Of a stretch of 64,000 bases of DNA, positions 34,113 to 47,770 are shown in pieces. Both the position numbers and the translations under genes were made by a program. The notes beneath the pieces are model-generated. The model saw only the letters and a list, made by a program, of their open reading frames with translations. It made no database searches and was not told the DNA's origin. How positions within the stretch are numbered: the stretch's first letter is position 1; the number at the start of each line of letters is the position of its first letter. Origin of the DNA: Podarcis bocagei (taxonomy: Eukaryota); the NCBI GenBank assembly GCA_964188305.1, contig OZ076890.1; one strand, given 5' to 3'.

Positions 34113-36698
34113 CTCTACCTTAAAATATACCAGAAGAATACTACTATTAATAATATACGATATACAAAAGGTTAGAACAATTTGCAATATATTTGTAAAC
34201 ATGTGAGAACAGGAAAAGGAAGAAAGTAGGTCTGGGATTAAACTATTAAAAGCCAAGGGGAAATTAAGAAGATGATGGGCTTTGTTCATAACAATTTGAG
34301 GATTTCTGAAACACACACATTCCAAAATAGCTTGTCCTTCCTAACTTCTCCTTTTGTCGCTGGTGGGACCATGTATACTGACAAATGCAATAATTATCAT
34401 GATGTAACACCCTTTGCTGGTTCCTTCACTTCCTTGACTTTAGCCTTCTGTAGCTAGGCATGAAAGTTTAATCTAAACCTTTGTAAATAAAAAGAGTAGG
34501 ACTGTCCTAGCCTTTCACAAGCCAAAAATGAAGTGTTTCATCATTGGCAAAAGCTGGAACTTCAGGCAACGTTTACTTTCCCTCCCTCCCTCCCTCCCTC
34601 CCTCTCCCTCCACCACTGACATAAAACTACACTGCTGCTAATGTCTTTGTTGGAAGCAGGCTCTCAAACTAATTTTTAAGTGATCGCATCAAAACCCAAC
34701 TTAGAAACAATTAATTTGTGGTGGATGGGCTGTCACCGACAGCCGTCAGCTGTGTCAGTCACCCGTTGTTAATGAGAAATTAGCATTCTTTTTTTATTTA
34801 AAACGCCCTTACAGAGTATAGTGTAGCAAAGGCTTCTTTTCTGTGTGAGCTTGATGCAACAAACACTTTGCATTAGTCATGGGCACATACTCCTATATAA
34901 TAAAGGAGGCTCAGGTGCTTGTTGCTTAATATTGACAGAATTTTGGCACGGAACGGGAAATCAGTGAAAGCTTTTATGAGAGTCTGAAAAGCTGCCGTCT
35001 TTTCAAGTCTCATTCAAGACATGAAGCTTACAGGAAATAAGCTAGAAGATGACAAAAGAGCAGACCAGCAGAAAGAAGAATATGTTGGCTTGAAGCTTGA
35101 TTAATGGGATCCTTCTTAGTTCTTCCCCTGTTGTATTGCAGTGGGCAGTGTACCATTACAACCTGAAACCCCCTTCTGGCAGTTTAACATGCCGTTCTAT
35201 AATAACAGGAAACAAGCCATTTACAAAGGAGATGCAGGAAGGCCAATCATATCTGGCACATTTTTCCATATACTTATCCCATCAAAATGCAAAATGTTCT
35301 GCAAAAATGAAGCATGAGCAACAAATACCATTCATTTTGTGGTGCCCAACAAATTATGGCACTGCCACCCATTCCTCTCCAGTACTTAGCTTTTATGTCT
35401 AATTACTGCCTCAACACACAGCAACCTGTACCAGAAATGGCTTTTTGAAATGATACGGCTATGTTCCATAACGAGATTCATCTTGCCCCCTCCCCCCACT
35501 TTAGTTTTTAATGTATCAATTCCCCGCTTGCTAAATTGACCAGCATGCTGTGGTCCCCTGCAGATGGGGGGGGGGGTGTCGGTTTGTGTGAGTGTTACAG
35601 TCAGTGCTCGAAAAACAATACCTGCAAATTCAGTGCATTGTTTTGAGGTGTCACCTCTTTTCAGCAGGAAAAGTATCTCTCCCATGAGCAGAAGAATAAG
35701 AAAATATTAAAAGTTGTTATACAAGAAGGATTTTATTATCAGAAAATGACCCATCATTTTGAACATTAGAGTCTTCTGGGCCTCCTTTCAGATGTGGTCT
35801 TCTTATTTTTCCCATGAATGCATGTTACTCTCTCATTTCTGAAGCATTTCCATCCAGCCAATGTAGTGATATGCTATCCTGTTGAAATTTTGTATGTCTG
35901 TTACAGACACTTAGGTATGTACACCAAGAAGGAGGGGGAGATAAGAATTCTGCAGTTTCTAGTACTTCCAGTTATTTATTTATTTTAAGCTTTGAAAAAG
36001 AAACATCAAATATATTTTGTAGCCATGTTCCAGGATGGCCTCTGTAACAGAAGCATTTTAACAATGTCTAAAATCTGTTTAAGTTGCATAGCTTGGCTGC
36101 CTGGCAAGCATATAAAAACTGTATACTCTGGCCCTGCCATCACTGGGTGTCAAGGGGGAAAATGTGATTGAATATTGTTATTTTGGGGGCGGAGACATTG
36201 TCCTGTGCTTGAACTATAGTAAGAATGAGAATTTAATGAGGACCATTGTAACAGATTGAGGTAGTTAATGGATTTCTTCCCATCCTACCAGATTTTAGAA
36301 CAGAACCAGTTCTGTTCTGCCTAGTTTTATGTTAAATTAGAGTTGATTGTAATGTTCCAAGTGGGATACCACAAGGGAAGCTCCAGTGTCTTAAAACATC
36401 TTGTTGGATTGGTTGATAAACGTCACTGTAATTACCACAGAGACAGTAACATGGGCTCCAAAATTCTCAAAACAGCTTGGTAAGTGGCATGTCTTATTTC
36501 ACAATTAGCTGCAAGTGGAAGTGCCTCTGTGTCTCTAAAACTGTAAGGTGGTCGTGCCCTGCTTTCAGTTGCATAAATAAGATTATTTGTTTTGGTACAT
36601 CATAAACCAGCATGATGAGAACACAGGTAGGGAGGGGTTTCAAATGGATTGCCCCCATGTGAAATATATCAGACTCTGCCAGATAGTTAGTGAGACAA

Positions 36699-36743
36699 AT
36701 AGATAGGTAGGTAGATAGGTAGGTAGATAGGTAGATAGATAGG
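36699..36743. repeat. (GATA)/(GGTA) tetranucleotide repeat
   Basis: Seen directly. Confidence 0.85.
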
Positions 36744-38258
36744 TGGTTTTCCACAGTAATACATGAGAATAAACTAATTTAAACTTGGCATATCATATGA
36801 GAATGGTAAAATTATCTTCAAACAAATATGCAAAAGACTTAAAATGCAAATGTCAGACAGGTAACTGTTAACTTTTAACTATGGTACAGATTTATGTGAG
36901 CCTCAGATTCAAACACTTTCTTTCTTTTCACCAAACCTCCTGCATTGCCACAATGAAATCAGAAGCTTTAACTTCCTTCATTAGCTAATCACGGTTTATC
37001 ATTATGTCCAAGCCCAGAAAAACTGTGGTCAGTCACTCTTAACTTTGGTTTCTTGTGAAACAAGCCAACCTTATACTGGAGCTCGTGATGCTAGGTTGTT
37101 TCAATAAGCCATAGTTGAAATTATTCATAGGTTAGAGTGAAGGATCTAACACCAAAATATTGTTAACTGAAAATAGAAATAAAAGCTTCTGATCTCCTTT
37201 TTGCAGTAGTGTCATAGGAGGAAGGGAAAGAGCACATGACCAAGGCATATGCTCATGATTCTAAACCGTAGTTTGGTGTTACAGCCAAAGCAAGCCATTA
37301 CTTCCTCATATCCTTTTATGTAGATTATTTTCCTTTTTATGTGTGTCTGTTTTCTTTAGGGTCCCTTTTGAACCGAAAAGGCAGAGTCCACCTATTTTTA
37401 TGGCTCTAATGTTCTGAAACATACCTGTTCTCTTTACCAGTTGCTGGTTCTTTATTTAACAAAAGGAATTTCCTGTAATAAATAAGGCCTGTAAGTGTTT
37501 GTCTCAATTATTATTTTTTATTTTTTTAAGCCAGGAGAGTATAAGACAGTGGAACATAGGGATAAATTCTAAAAATGAGTAGGAAAGGTCCTCTTTTCTA
37601 ATCTCTTTTATTCTTCCAGAAAGCAGTTTTGTCAAGCAGAAATGTAATATAGTGATTGTTGTAAGGAACATGGCCTCAAGTGTTTCCTCTCCACTCCATT
37701 AACCAGAAGGGGCAGAGGGGAGAAACGTAACAAATGTACATCTCACACTTTAAAAGTGATAGAGGACATTTACTTTTTATGTCTTCCTCTTTGTCTAAAG
37801 CCCAAGTATTCTGTTTTTGTGGGTTTTTTCTTCATTTCCCCCCACTTTTCTTTGTAATCATTACACCATGTCTCTAATGTAAGAAACTTGCCTCTCCTGG
37901 ACAAATAGATTGAAGTTCCAATCTCAGACCAAGAGGCTTTGCCACCATCACCATGGATCAACAGAATATATGGGCCTTCAAGAACCCTTTGCATGGTATC
38001 CAAACCGTTGGAGCTTTGATTTATTATTATTTTTACAAAACTCTCCTTGCAAACCTTTTATGAATGACCGTTCAGAATCCCCTTTGGATTCTGCAGTATA
38101 AATTGGATGAACTTAACTAGTATTGTGGACTCCAATGGAAAATAGTCATGGGCTGGAGAATTACATCTGGTCTGATTTCGTATTGAAATAAAACAAAATA
38201 TCAAGACCTTTTTTGTCAGCTGAGGTTTTTTTTTTTACAGCTGAAGTAACTCTGTATC

Positions 38259-38623
38259 TAGGGTTAGGGCAATTTTTCATTCAATCGTTATTTTTAGGTG
38301 AATCAGCCTAATTTACACCTCCTGGAATAATACACAGATAGGAACAGAGTTATTCATAGAGTTTCACACTTCTCTGGGTTTTACAATAGTTCTTAGATTG
38401 GAAAATGTGACAAAATGCATAAGAATTTTGAGGATAAATTTATTTTAGAAATGTGAACACAGATACAAAATACAGATTTAAGTATAGATTTCCCTTCAAA
38501 TAAGTTAGCAAATGATTTTTTTTAACTTCACAAGAGTAATGCAGAAATGTGAATAAATATATTTACAAACAAACACATGTGAAACTGACTTAGACTGGAA
38601 TTAGACTTATCTGTACATTCCTA
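38259..38623 (-). mobile_element. AT-rich non-autonomous repeat (same family as 24245-25541)
   Basis: taggg.../...cattccta ends; cacacttctctg...tacaatagttc block is the reverse complement of a block in the other copies. Confidence 0.5.
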
Positions 38624-38742
38624 ACTATATGAATCACTAATGCTTAAAAATTGTGATCTTGTCCCTAAATCTGACTTTAAAATATTGTGATAAGTTTTAA
38701 ATTCTTTGAGGGAGGCTAAAAAGTGCTCAAGCAGTCTAATAC

Positions 38743-38743
<1 letters not shown>

Positions 38744-38788
<45 letters not shown>
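38744..38788. repeat. (TAT)n microsatellite
   Basis: Seen directly. Confidence 0.95.
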
Positions 38789-38789
<1 letters not shown>

Positions 38790-41497
38790 TAGCTGAATGC
38801 TATGGATTGGTTCATAAGATGCTAAACTAACTTTGCGACAATATTTGTGCAGTAAATGATCTTCCAGAACAGGCCTTAAGAAGCAAATCTGCTTGTTACC
38901 ACATTCTGTGAAATTCTGTTATTATTTCATTTAAGCTTTTATTATTTCAGCATGTGGCAACTTATGGTTGAATCACATGGAGATTACTGCACAAGACCAC
39001 TTCATTACAGTATGTGGAAATTAATTTTGAAAAGCCCCCTTCAATGTAAAATTAACATTCTATATGTAATTGTTGTATGAAAATTCATTTGATGTATTAT
39101 TTTATTTATTTTTGGCATTTATATCCCTCCTTTCATCAGTCGGCCTTAGGCTGAAAATGCATACATAAGTTAAAATAAGAAAAAATCAGTACCTCCAAAC
39201 TGCAACTACAATAAAGTAACTAAAACCAATAATTTAAAACAACCAGGGATAGCATTGCTCAGAAGCAAGGACTACCATTTAAATTAAACAGCTCATAAAT
39301 TAAATTAAGGCACTTACACAGTTACAGAACCTCACACTGTCTCAAGGCCTGGTCAAAAACTAATGTCACTTTTCTACCTCATAAATAGTCACATGGCTCA
39401 TCCCTAAGGTTAACTCAGTTCAAATAAAAGCTGGCGAATATATGCCACATATTTTCTGCATCTACCACAATCTGTTCCCCTGTCTGTCTTGCTCTACTGT
39501 CACTAGCTTCTAGTCTTTCCTATACCTTTTCTCATTGTCATCACATCACTACCATCAAAAAGCATAATTTTCAGGCTGTCTCAGAATATTTCACCTTAAC
39601 ATATCATGTTCCAGCTCTGCCTCAGTTTTTGATAAGCTCTAGTTCTCATATACTTGGAAGTAAGCTTCATCGAGTTCAGTGAGACTTACCCCCCCCCCCC
39701 CGGTAACCTTGTGGAGGACTGCAGCCTCAGTATGCTTATGATCTGTTAATTTCCTTATACAGCTGGTTTATATTGTATTCCATTCCCATCAATCCTTCTT
39801 TTTGGGGCTATTTGAAAAAGCAAGTCTGCCAATGGTACTATGCTTACAACATGTAAACATTGTCTTTCTGTTGAGGGCATTGTGAACCCCTGAATCAAAT
39901 ATGGAAGGTAAGATGGGGACACAACATTTTGAGGGGCTCAAGTTCGGATGTCGAGCAGGCATCTCCATTTGACTAATTATGAAGATCTAATAGGGTTAAG
40001 TTCAAAATGGAGTCTTGGTAACTGGTAACATCCCCAGTCAGCATGGGCGAGGGTCACAGATGATGAGCATGATAGTCCAGTAACATCTGGGAGCTCAAGG
40101 TTGGGAGAAGTTAAGAGTTAAAAGTCATCCACATATGGCTCTGAGAGAGAGAGAAGCACATTGGTTCTATAACATCAACTTCTGGATCTCCAAAAACCAT
40201 TGTTTTTTTAAAAAAAAATCCTTTGTGGTATATTATATGAAATGCATGTGGGCAGTAAATGTTATTCTCCTCACCACCTTTTCTTTTTTTAATAAAAGAA
40301 AAAGATGGGTTGTTGAAAGAAAGAATTGGAACATGCTACTGCTGTTTCTTCCAGTTTGTCTCCTTCTTCCCTCTCCTTTGTCTTTTATGTACTTTTTCAT
40401 TCTGGGGAAAGAAGTCTCCCAGGGCATTGACACTTTTGGATTAAAAAGCACTCGGCAAATATAGAAAGCTATAAGATCCAGAACCCTCTCACTGTAAAGT
40501 TCAGGTTCTGACTATAACTTTTGACTTGTATCCCCACTAGAGTTCCAACACAGTTCAATCTTGAGGGTACAAAGGAATAGACTCTGGGGAAAAGCTTGTG
40601 TCTCAAATTATATAGCTTGTTTCCTTAGAGGATTTGAAGTAGGAAGAGTTGAAGACTTGGAAGATGGAATAACAAACTTAGTGGCATGATTGTGCTTTGT
40701 TAACAGCTTGTTAGTGAGCCTCACATTGAATTCACAGACAACCTATGTCTAGGATTGTGTGAAGCCTGAAGAGAACAAGCACTGGTCTTCTAAATGCATT
40801 CTCTATAAGTAGAGTGGTGGAAGCCAGAGGCCCACTGCTGCTTTCATTCCACACCACGAAAGCTAGCGCCAGTGGCTTTATAAAGAGGTACCAAAAAAGT
40901 GTTCCAAGGAAAAGAAAGAGAAAGGGTAATTTAAAAACATTCCTGTTAGAATGGTGAGTTACACCCTCTTGAAATGGGGGGGGGGGGTTTGGTAGTTGAA
41001 TCATGACACACACACAAATTTGGAACTAAAATGGCCACAAAATGGAACCAAAATGAAAATGGAACTGAAATAGCCAGCCTCAATTTGCCCCCAGAGAGTG
41101 GGATGATGAAATGGGGATGGCTATTTCAGCTCACCACTACTTTGATTAAGACAATACAGAGGAATGTGTATCTCAAACTTTGCTTTTTTAAAAAGGCCCC
41201 AATGCCAGAGCCTTGCCTTCTCTTACCGCAGAGAGAGGTGGTGGATGGTTGGTTCCATTTTGCTCTTCAGGCACAGAAAGTCTAGAATAGATAATCTCAA
41301 TTATAATACTGCAAGCTATGTGTTTTGTTTACGTTTCATAGTATATTCCCCCTCACCTTCTTTTGTGCAACAGTGCCCTAGCAGTCCTCAACATGCATCA
41401 CACCAACTTTATCCAATGTTGCTGAACATCTGAAATTGCCCCCAGTCCTCTTCTACCAGAAAGATGGTTTATCTTTAGTAGGCTGTCCCCCCAGAAG

Positions 41498-41498
<1 letters not shown>

Positions 41499-41547
<49 letters not shown>

Positions 41548-44500
41548 TTTATTTATATCCCGCCCTCCCCAGCTGAGCCGGGCTCAGGGCGGCTAACAAC
41601 AATCAAATAAACAATCAAATAATCATTCTAAAAATATTTCATTATAAAAATTATTTAAAATCAAATTGATGGCAACCGATTAAACAAAATTCTGTGCAGG
41701 TTGCCAGAGGAGGGAGTCAGGCTGCGCCCTGACCAAAGGCCTGGTGGAACAACTCTGTCTTGCAGGCCCTGCAGAAAGATGTCAGGTCCCGCAGGGCCCT
41801 AGTCTCTTGTGACAGAGCGTTCCACCAGGTTGGAGCCGCAGCCGAGAAGGCCCTGGCTCTAGTTGAGGCCAGCCTAACCTCTCTGAGGCCTGGGACCTTG
41901 AGGGTGTTATTGTTTGCAGACCGTAGGTTTCTCTGTGGGGCATACCAGGAGGGGCGGTCCCGTAGGTACGAGGGTCCTAGGCCGTATAGGGCTTTAAAGG
42001 TTAAAACCAGCACCTTAAACCTGATCCTGTACTCCACCGGGAGCCAGTGCAGCTGGTATAGTACCGGATGAATGTGATCTCGCAGCGAAGACCCCATAAG
42101 GAGTCTCGCCGCGGCATTCTGCACCCGCTGGAGTTTCTGGGTCAGTCTCAAGGGCAGCCCCACGTAGAGCGAGTTACTATAATCCAGTCTGGAGGTGACC
42201 GTCGCATGGATCACAGTGGCTAGGTCAGGGCGAGAGAGATAAGGGGCCAACTGCTTAGCTTGGCGGAGATGGAAAAATGCCGCCTTTGTTATAGCTGTAA
42301 TCTGCGCCTCCATAGAGAGGGAGGTATCGAAGATTACACCCAAACTCCTAACGGACGGTGTTGGCACTAATTGCACCCTCGCAAGAGATGGGAGTTGCCC
42401 CCTCAATCCCATATCGTCCCGTCCCAGCCAGAGGACCTCTGTCTTCGAAGGATTTAACTTCAACCGGCTCCCACGTAACCATCCAGCCACAGCTTCCAGA
42501 CATCTGGTCAGTGTGTCTAGGGCCGAGTTAGGATGGCCATCCATCAACAGATAGAGTTGGGTGTCATCAGCATACTGATGGCAACCCAGCCCAAAACTCC
42601 GGACAAGCTGGGCGAGGGGGCGCATAAAGATGTTAAAAAGCATCGGGGAGAGAATCGCACCCTGAGGCACTCCACACACCAAGGAGTGACGCGATGACAA
42701 TTCCCCCCCAAGCGCCACCCTCTGTCCCCGATCAGAGAGAAACGAGTGCAGCCATTGAAGGACTGTGCCCTGGATCCCCACGTCGGCAAGGCGGTGGTCC
42801 AGGAGTTCGTGATCGACCATGTCGAAAGCTGCTGACAGATCTAGAAGAATCAGCAGCCCCGACCCGCCTCGATCCAGCTGTCTGCGGAGATCATCTGTTA
42901 GGGCGACCAGAGCCGTCTCGGTCCCATGGCCAGCACGGAAGCCGGACTGGAATGGATCCAAAGCAGATGTTTCATCCAGGAACCTACCAAGCTGTTCAGC
43001 AACCGCTCTCTCAATCACCTTACCCAGGAATGGAAGATTCGAGATATTGGATAGATCTAAGGGATCTAATTGGATAGATCTAAGGGATCTAATGATGTTT
43101 TCTTTAAGAGCGGACGCACCACCGCCTCCTTCAGTTCCCCTGGGAATATCCCGGTGCCAAGGGACAAATTGATGATATCCCCCAGGGGGGCCCGCACCTC
43201 GTCTGGACACGCTCTAATCAGCCATGACGGGCACGGGTCAAGAGGACAGGTGGTGGGCTTTCCAGCTTGGAGGAATCTGTCCACATCGGCTGGGGATATC
43301 CGGTCAAAGTGGTCCAATACTGGACCCGAGGACAGTCGAGGGCCTCCAGTTCCTTTATTGTATCCAAATTGGCAGGGAGGTCATGGCGGAGCAACAGGAC
43401 CTTCTCCACAAAAAAGCTCGCAAATGCCTCACAGCTGTGTGTCAGATTGTTATTTAAATTTGGCTGTCCTTCAAGGGACGTTAAAGACCGAATTATACTA
43501 AATAATTGCGCCGGGCGAGAGCTAGCGGATGCAATGGAGGCCGAGAAGTAAGACTTCTTAGCGGCCTTCACTGCCATCTCATAGGTTTTCATAAAAACCC
43601 TATAAGATGTTCTTGAGGCTCCGTCACGGGCACCCCGCCATACTCGCTCTAGCCGTCTGAGGTCACGCTTCATTTTCCGAAGCTCCTCGGTAAACCAGGG
43701 GGCCCGGTTTCTGCGGGGTCGCAGAGGGCGCTTAGGTGCGATCTCATCGATGGCTGCCAGGAGCTGGGTATTCCAGCCCTCAACAAGCTCAGTCAATGAG
43801 TCGCCAGGGGGAGCAAGGTCCCGCAAGGCGTGACGGAATCTATCAGGGTCCATCAGCCTCCGCGGGCGAGCCCAAATTGGCTCGCCACCTAAGCGGGGTG
43901 GGGGTGGAAAATCAATCCTGGCTTTCAGTGCGTAGTGATCAGACCATGGCACCTTCATCGAGGGAGACATGATCACATCTATACCGGCGCCAAAGATCAA
44001 ATCCAGCGTGTGGCCTGCTTGATGTGTGGGGCCCGAAACAAACTGGGAGAGCCCTAGTGTCGCCATGGAAGACACCAGGTCCAGAGCCTGTGAGGAGGGA
44101 GTGGCATCAGCATGGATGTTGAAGTCCCCCAGTACCAATAGGTTGGGGAACTCCAAGGCCCAGCCGGCCACCGCCTCCAACAGGCCTGACAGGGTGGCTG
44201 CTGGTGCGCTAGGTGGCCGGTACACCAGCCAGACAGCCAAGCTCACCTCGGAGCCCCACACTAGGCCAACACATTCAATGCCGGGGATCGATGGCGATGG
44301 TAGAGCCCTGAAAGAACAGTCTTCTCGGATTAATAATGCCACCCCTCCCCCCCCGGCCCACAGTCCGCGACTGGTGGAGGACGGAGAAACCTGGGGGCGC
44401 CATCTCTCGTAAGGTAACAGTTTCCCCTTCGCGCACCCAGGTCTCCGTCACACAAGCCAGGTCAACCCCCTGCGAGGTGAAGAAGTCTCGCAGGGTGGCG

Positions 44501-44627
44501 TTTTTTTTGCCTATAGACCTGGCATTGCACAACACCAGTGACGGAGGTGAGTAATCCTTGCTCACCCTACCTTCGTCCCTCGGGATGGGGCGCAGATTGG
44601 AAGGGGTACGAGCATATCCATATCTCG
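41499..44627 (-). mobile_element. Young L2 LINE spanning all of ORF2, with (AAT)n tail
   Basis: CpG-rich 3.1-kb island with endonuclease and RT domains, 3' UTR and (AAT)n at 41499-41543; no clear TSD. Confidence 0.95.
41717..44565 (-). pseudogene. L2 ORF2 (APE endonuclease + reverse transcriptase), three frameshifts
   Basis: LCNARSI, VTETW, VYRPP, GDFN, HTLDL, WSDH (EN); QSGFR, LDLSAAFD, GVPQGAILSP, YADDTQLY (RT); frameshifts at ~44345, ~43335 and 43046-43091. Confidence 0.92.
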
Positions 44628-44940
44628 AAGAGGGTTAAGTCCCACCTTCAGATTCAGGAATGGTTCTGCCTCCAGCTTAGGCTTTGTAGTCATCATTGTC
44701 TGTACCCAGGCACCAGCACTGACCTCTGCCTCCTCTCCATGCTACTTCTCCTCGGTTTTATGTGAGGCAGCAAGGACAGCATGGGGCCACTGACCAGACA
44801 CCTGCTGCAGGACTGAGCTTCTTTGCATCCGTGCAAGCACAAAGCAGTCACAGGCCCTAATCACAATTGTGTCCCCACAATGTAATAGCTAAAAGTCACA
44901 TTAAATCTAGTGACCAGTTTCCCAAGGGAATGATTTAGTG

Positions 44941-45069
44941 CATGGGTGGGGGACCTATTGCCTTCCAATTATTGTTGGACTACAGTTTCCATCAGCCCAG
45001 GCCTATGGGCATGGGTATTGGAAGCTGTGGTCCCAAAACATCTGGAGGACCACATGTTATTGATGCCTG
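44941..45069. mobile_element. Degenerate palindromic hAT MITE
   Basis: gttggactacag.../...aaaacatctggagg arms; related copies at ~2770-2875, 24145-24243, 40020-40110, 47686-47765, 58880-59010, 59623-59759. Confidence 0.6.
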
Positions 45070-45972
45070 CTTTGGTGCATTACAGCATTAAACCAGCAGT
45101 AGGGAGAAAGACAACAATAAATGGATTTTAGCATGTAGTGGAGATGGAAAATTGTTGCTGCTGCTGCTGCAGTCTTTGGGATATGTGCCTGTGCTCATCC
45201 TTCTTATCCTTGTTCTGCTATTTGGACTAAATATGATGGAGATTGGCAATACTCCATAAGTGGTGTATAGCATCAGCCATATTGAATTAGTGTTCAAGGA
45301 CCATCAGACAAACAAAATCAATCTCCCACCTTGAAGCATTATACCTTTCTCCCTTTAATGATTGCTCACCTAAAGATTGCAACATCCTAGTGCTGGTTGT
45401 TGCACATGTGAAACCTGGAATTACCCAACCTGGAGTAATTTTACCTTTCATTTCATTTTCTTTTAAACACCAGACAATTATTCACACTCTCTTTATTAGA
45501 CCATTTGTTCAGTGTGAGAGCTCACAAGGGAAGATGTCTGTTTTATGTATGCTTTTAATTAATAGTGGCTATGGACAGCAGGGAGTCAAAAAAGATTGTT
45601 TGTGATGTACCGAACAATGTGCTCAATTATCATAAGTATTTGCAGAAGGCACTTTGAAATCAAAAGACAAGTTACAATAAAAGAAAAAGGGAGAATGTTT
45701 TGATAGGACATAAATCATGTGGAAGGAGAAAAAATTCTACCTACACATTTATGTATACATGTTAAGTATGCTTACATGCTATAGATCACTGTCATAATAA
45801 CTTAATTAGAACAGACAGTCACCCTATACAGATGTTTGTTTGTTCAAGTCTATTTTTAACCATCTTTCATCATAGATACCAGGGAAGTTGACAACATATG
45901 CACAATAGCCATAAAGGTAATTATAAAGCTAATTAAAAAGATAATTAAAAATAAAACCATATCAATATATAT

Positions 45973-46343
45973 GGGATAGCTCAGTTGGTAGAGCACAATA
46001 CTCCTAATCTCAGGGTCAAGGGTTTGAGCCCTATACTGGCAACAGATTACAGTGCTACCTCGGGTTAAGAACTTAATTCATTCCGGAGGTCCGTTCTTAA
46101 CCTGAAACTGTTCTTAACCTGAGGTACCACTTTAGCTAATCGGGCCTCCCGCTGCTGCCACCGTGTGATTTCTGTTCTCATCCTGAAGCAAAGTTCTTAA
46201 CCTGAGGTACTATTTCTGGGTTAGCAGAGTCTGTAACCTGAAGCGTCTGTAACCCGAGGTACCACTGTACTGCACTGCAGGGGCTTGGACTAGATGACCC
46301 TCTTGGTTTCTTCCACCTCTAGAATTCTTTGGTTCTATGATTC
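45973..46343 (+). mobile_element. tRNA-Lys-derived SINE with CR1 tail, split by a MITE
   Basis: Head gggatagctcagttggtagagc...taatctcagggtc; tail ttggactagatgaccctc...ttctatgattc; uninterrupted relative at 56228-56386. Confidence 0.85.
46050..46267. mobile_element. Tc1/mariner MITE (CAGTGGTACCTCGGGTT family)
   Basis: TIRs cagtgctacctcgggtta / taacccgaggtaccactg; TA at 46048-46049 and 46268-46269. Confidence 0.9.
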
Positions 46344-46421
46344 AAGACAGAGAGTCACCTCATCATTTATAACCAGCCTTATAGACCAATAGACCTTAGC
46401 AAATCAGTTCCCCCCCAAAGA

Positions 46422-46847
46422 TAGGGTTGCCACATTTCCAGAGTTAAAAATCAGGCATTTTGCCAATTTTTAAAAATTCCCCCCAATGGTAATTTCCCTG
46501 CCTGTCAGCTCTGCAAACTGCCCCATCCCCTCCTGCTTGCGGGAGGGAAAGGGCAGCTCAGTGGATGGGCAGAGCAGACACGCAGGGAAGAAGCTTTCCT
46601 GGCTGTGAGCTCTGCTTGCTGCCCTGACTCTTCTTCTTTTGTGCACTGAGCCACCCACACCCAAACCAAAGCCAGGACCAGAGCCTGAACCTGAACCACC
46701 AGTACACACACACACACACAAAATTAAACCCCCTACAAACCTGGCCATTTGCTTCTAAATTTAAACCCCCCCCCCCCCGCCCCGGATGGGCATGTAGGCC
46801 CCCGAAAGAGGACATGTCTGGGATTTTCCAGATGTATGGCAACCTTA
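46422..46847. mobile_element. Non-autonomous DNA transposon with TAGGGTTGCCA-type TIRs
   Basis: tagggttgccacatttc / gatgtatggcaacctta inverted ends. Confidence 0.65.
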
Positions 46848-47770
46848 CAAAAGAGTTACGTGAAAATGTGTCTTTTTAAGTGGGAGGAGGAATCATATAT
46901 CAATGGCACTGCAGAGGGAGGGAGGGAGTTTCATAAATCCATCCCCATCCTGAATTACCACACCAGAGGCAACATATATCCATAGAACAAGGAGAGACTA
47001 TCCTGTAATCTTAAAACCTGGGCTGTCTTGTATAAGGTGCCCATGAACTTGGGGTTTGAAGACCAGCAAAACTGGGGACTCTAGGTTGAGAAATGCTGCT
47101 CTAACCACCACACCACACTGACTCACTTGGCGTTAGGTGATAGGTGAAAATAATGTTGTTTTATTTTCTCATGCTTAGTTTTAATTCAGTCTTGATTAAT
47201 TATATCTGCTGGTTTTAAATTCTTATTGTGGCTTATATTTTTGCTGTCTTTGTTTTTGTTTTCTGTATAGATATCATGTTGTCCTAATAATACCTATTTC
47301 TTTAATTTGTGAATTGCTTTAAGCATTTGTATTAAGGTGAGGTAAATGGATAAACATATGGAAATGCTTTCTATATGTTTTCAGTATAAATTGAGGTTAC
47401 TAATGTAGCAATGTGTCCACTGACCTTGAATGTGTTCTTTTGTTTATTGCATGTCAGTATCATTGCTGAAGGTACATAGTGCCTACTAAAGAGGAAGAAA
47501 AATTGTTGGGAATCTGAATAATGAATACAAATGGGAAAGCATAGACAAAAGGAAATGAGATGGGCTACTCTCTCTATAGAGAAGAACGCTTCAAACAACC
47601 CTTTGTAAGTGCAACACTGGCTTAACATTTTTCTTTAAAAAGTTCTAAACAAACCTTATTAAGAATGACAAGTTCTAGCTCTAGGCCAGGAGTAGGAAAA
47701 TCTATGGCTCTCCCGATATTGCTGGACTACACGGACCATCATTCCTGACCATTGGTCTTGCTGTTTGGAA

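Noticed and set aside
45973-46045. tRNA-Lys gene (also tRNA-like heads at 17749 and 56228)
   Set aside because: Degenerate cloverleaf continuous with a CR1-type tail, so these are SINE heads.
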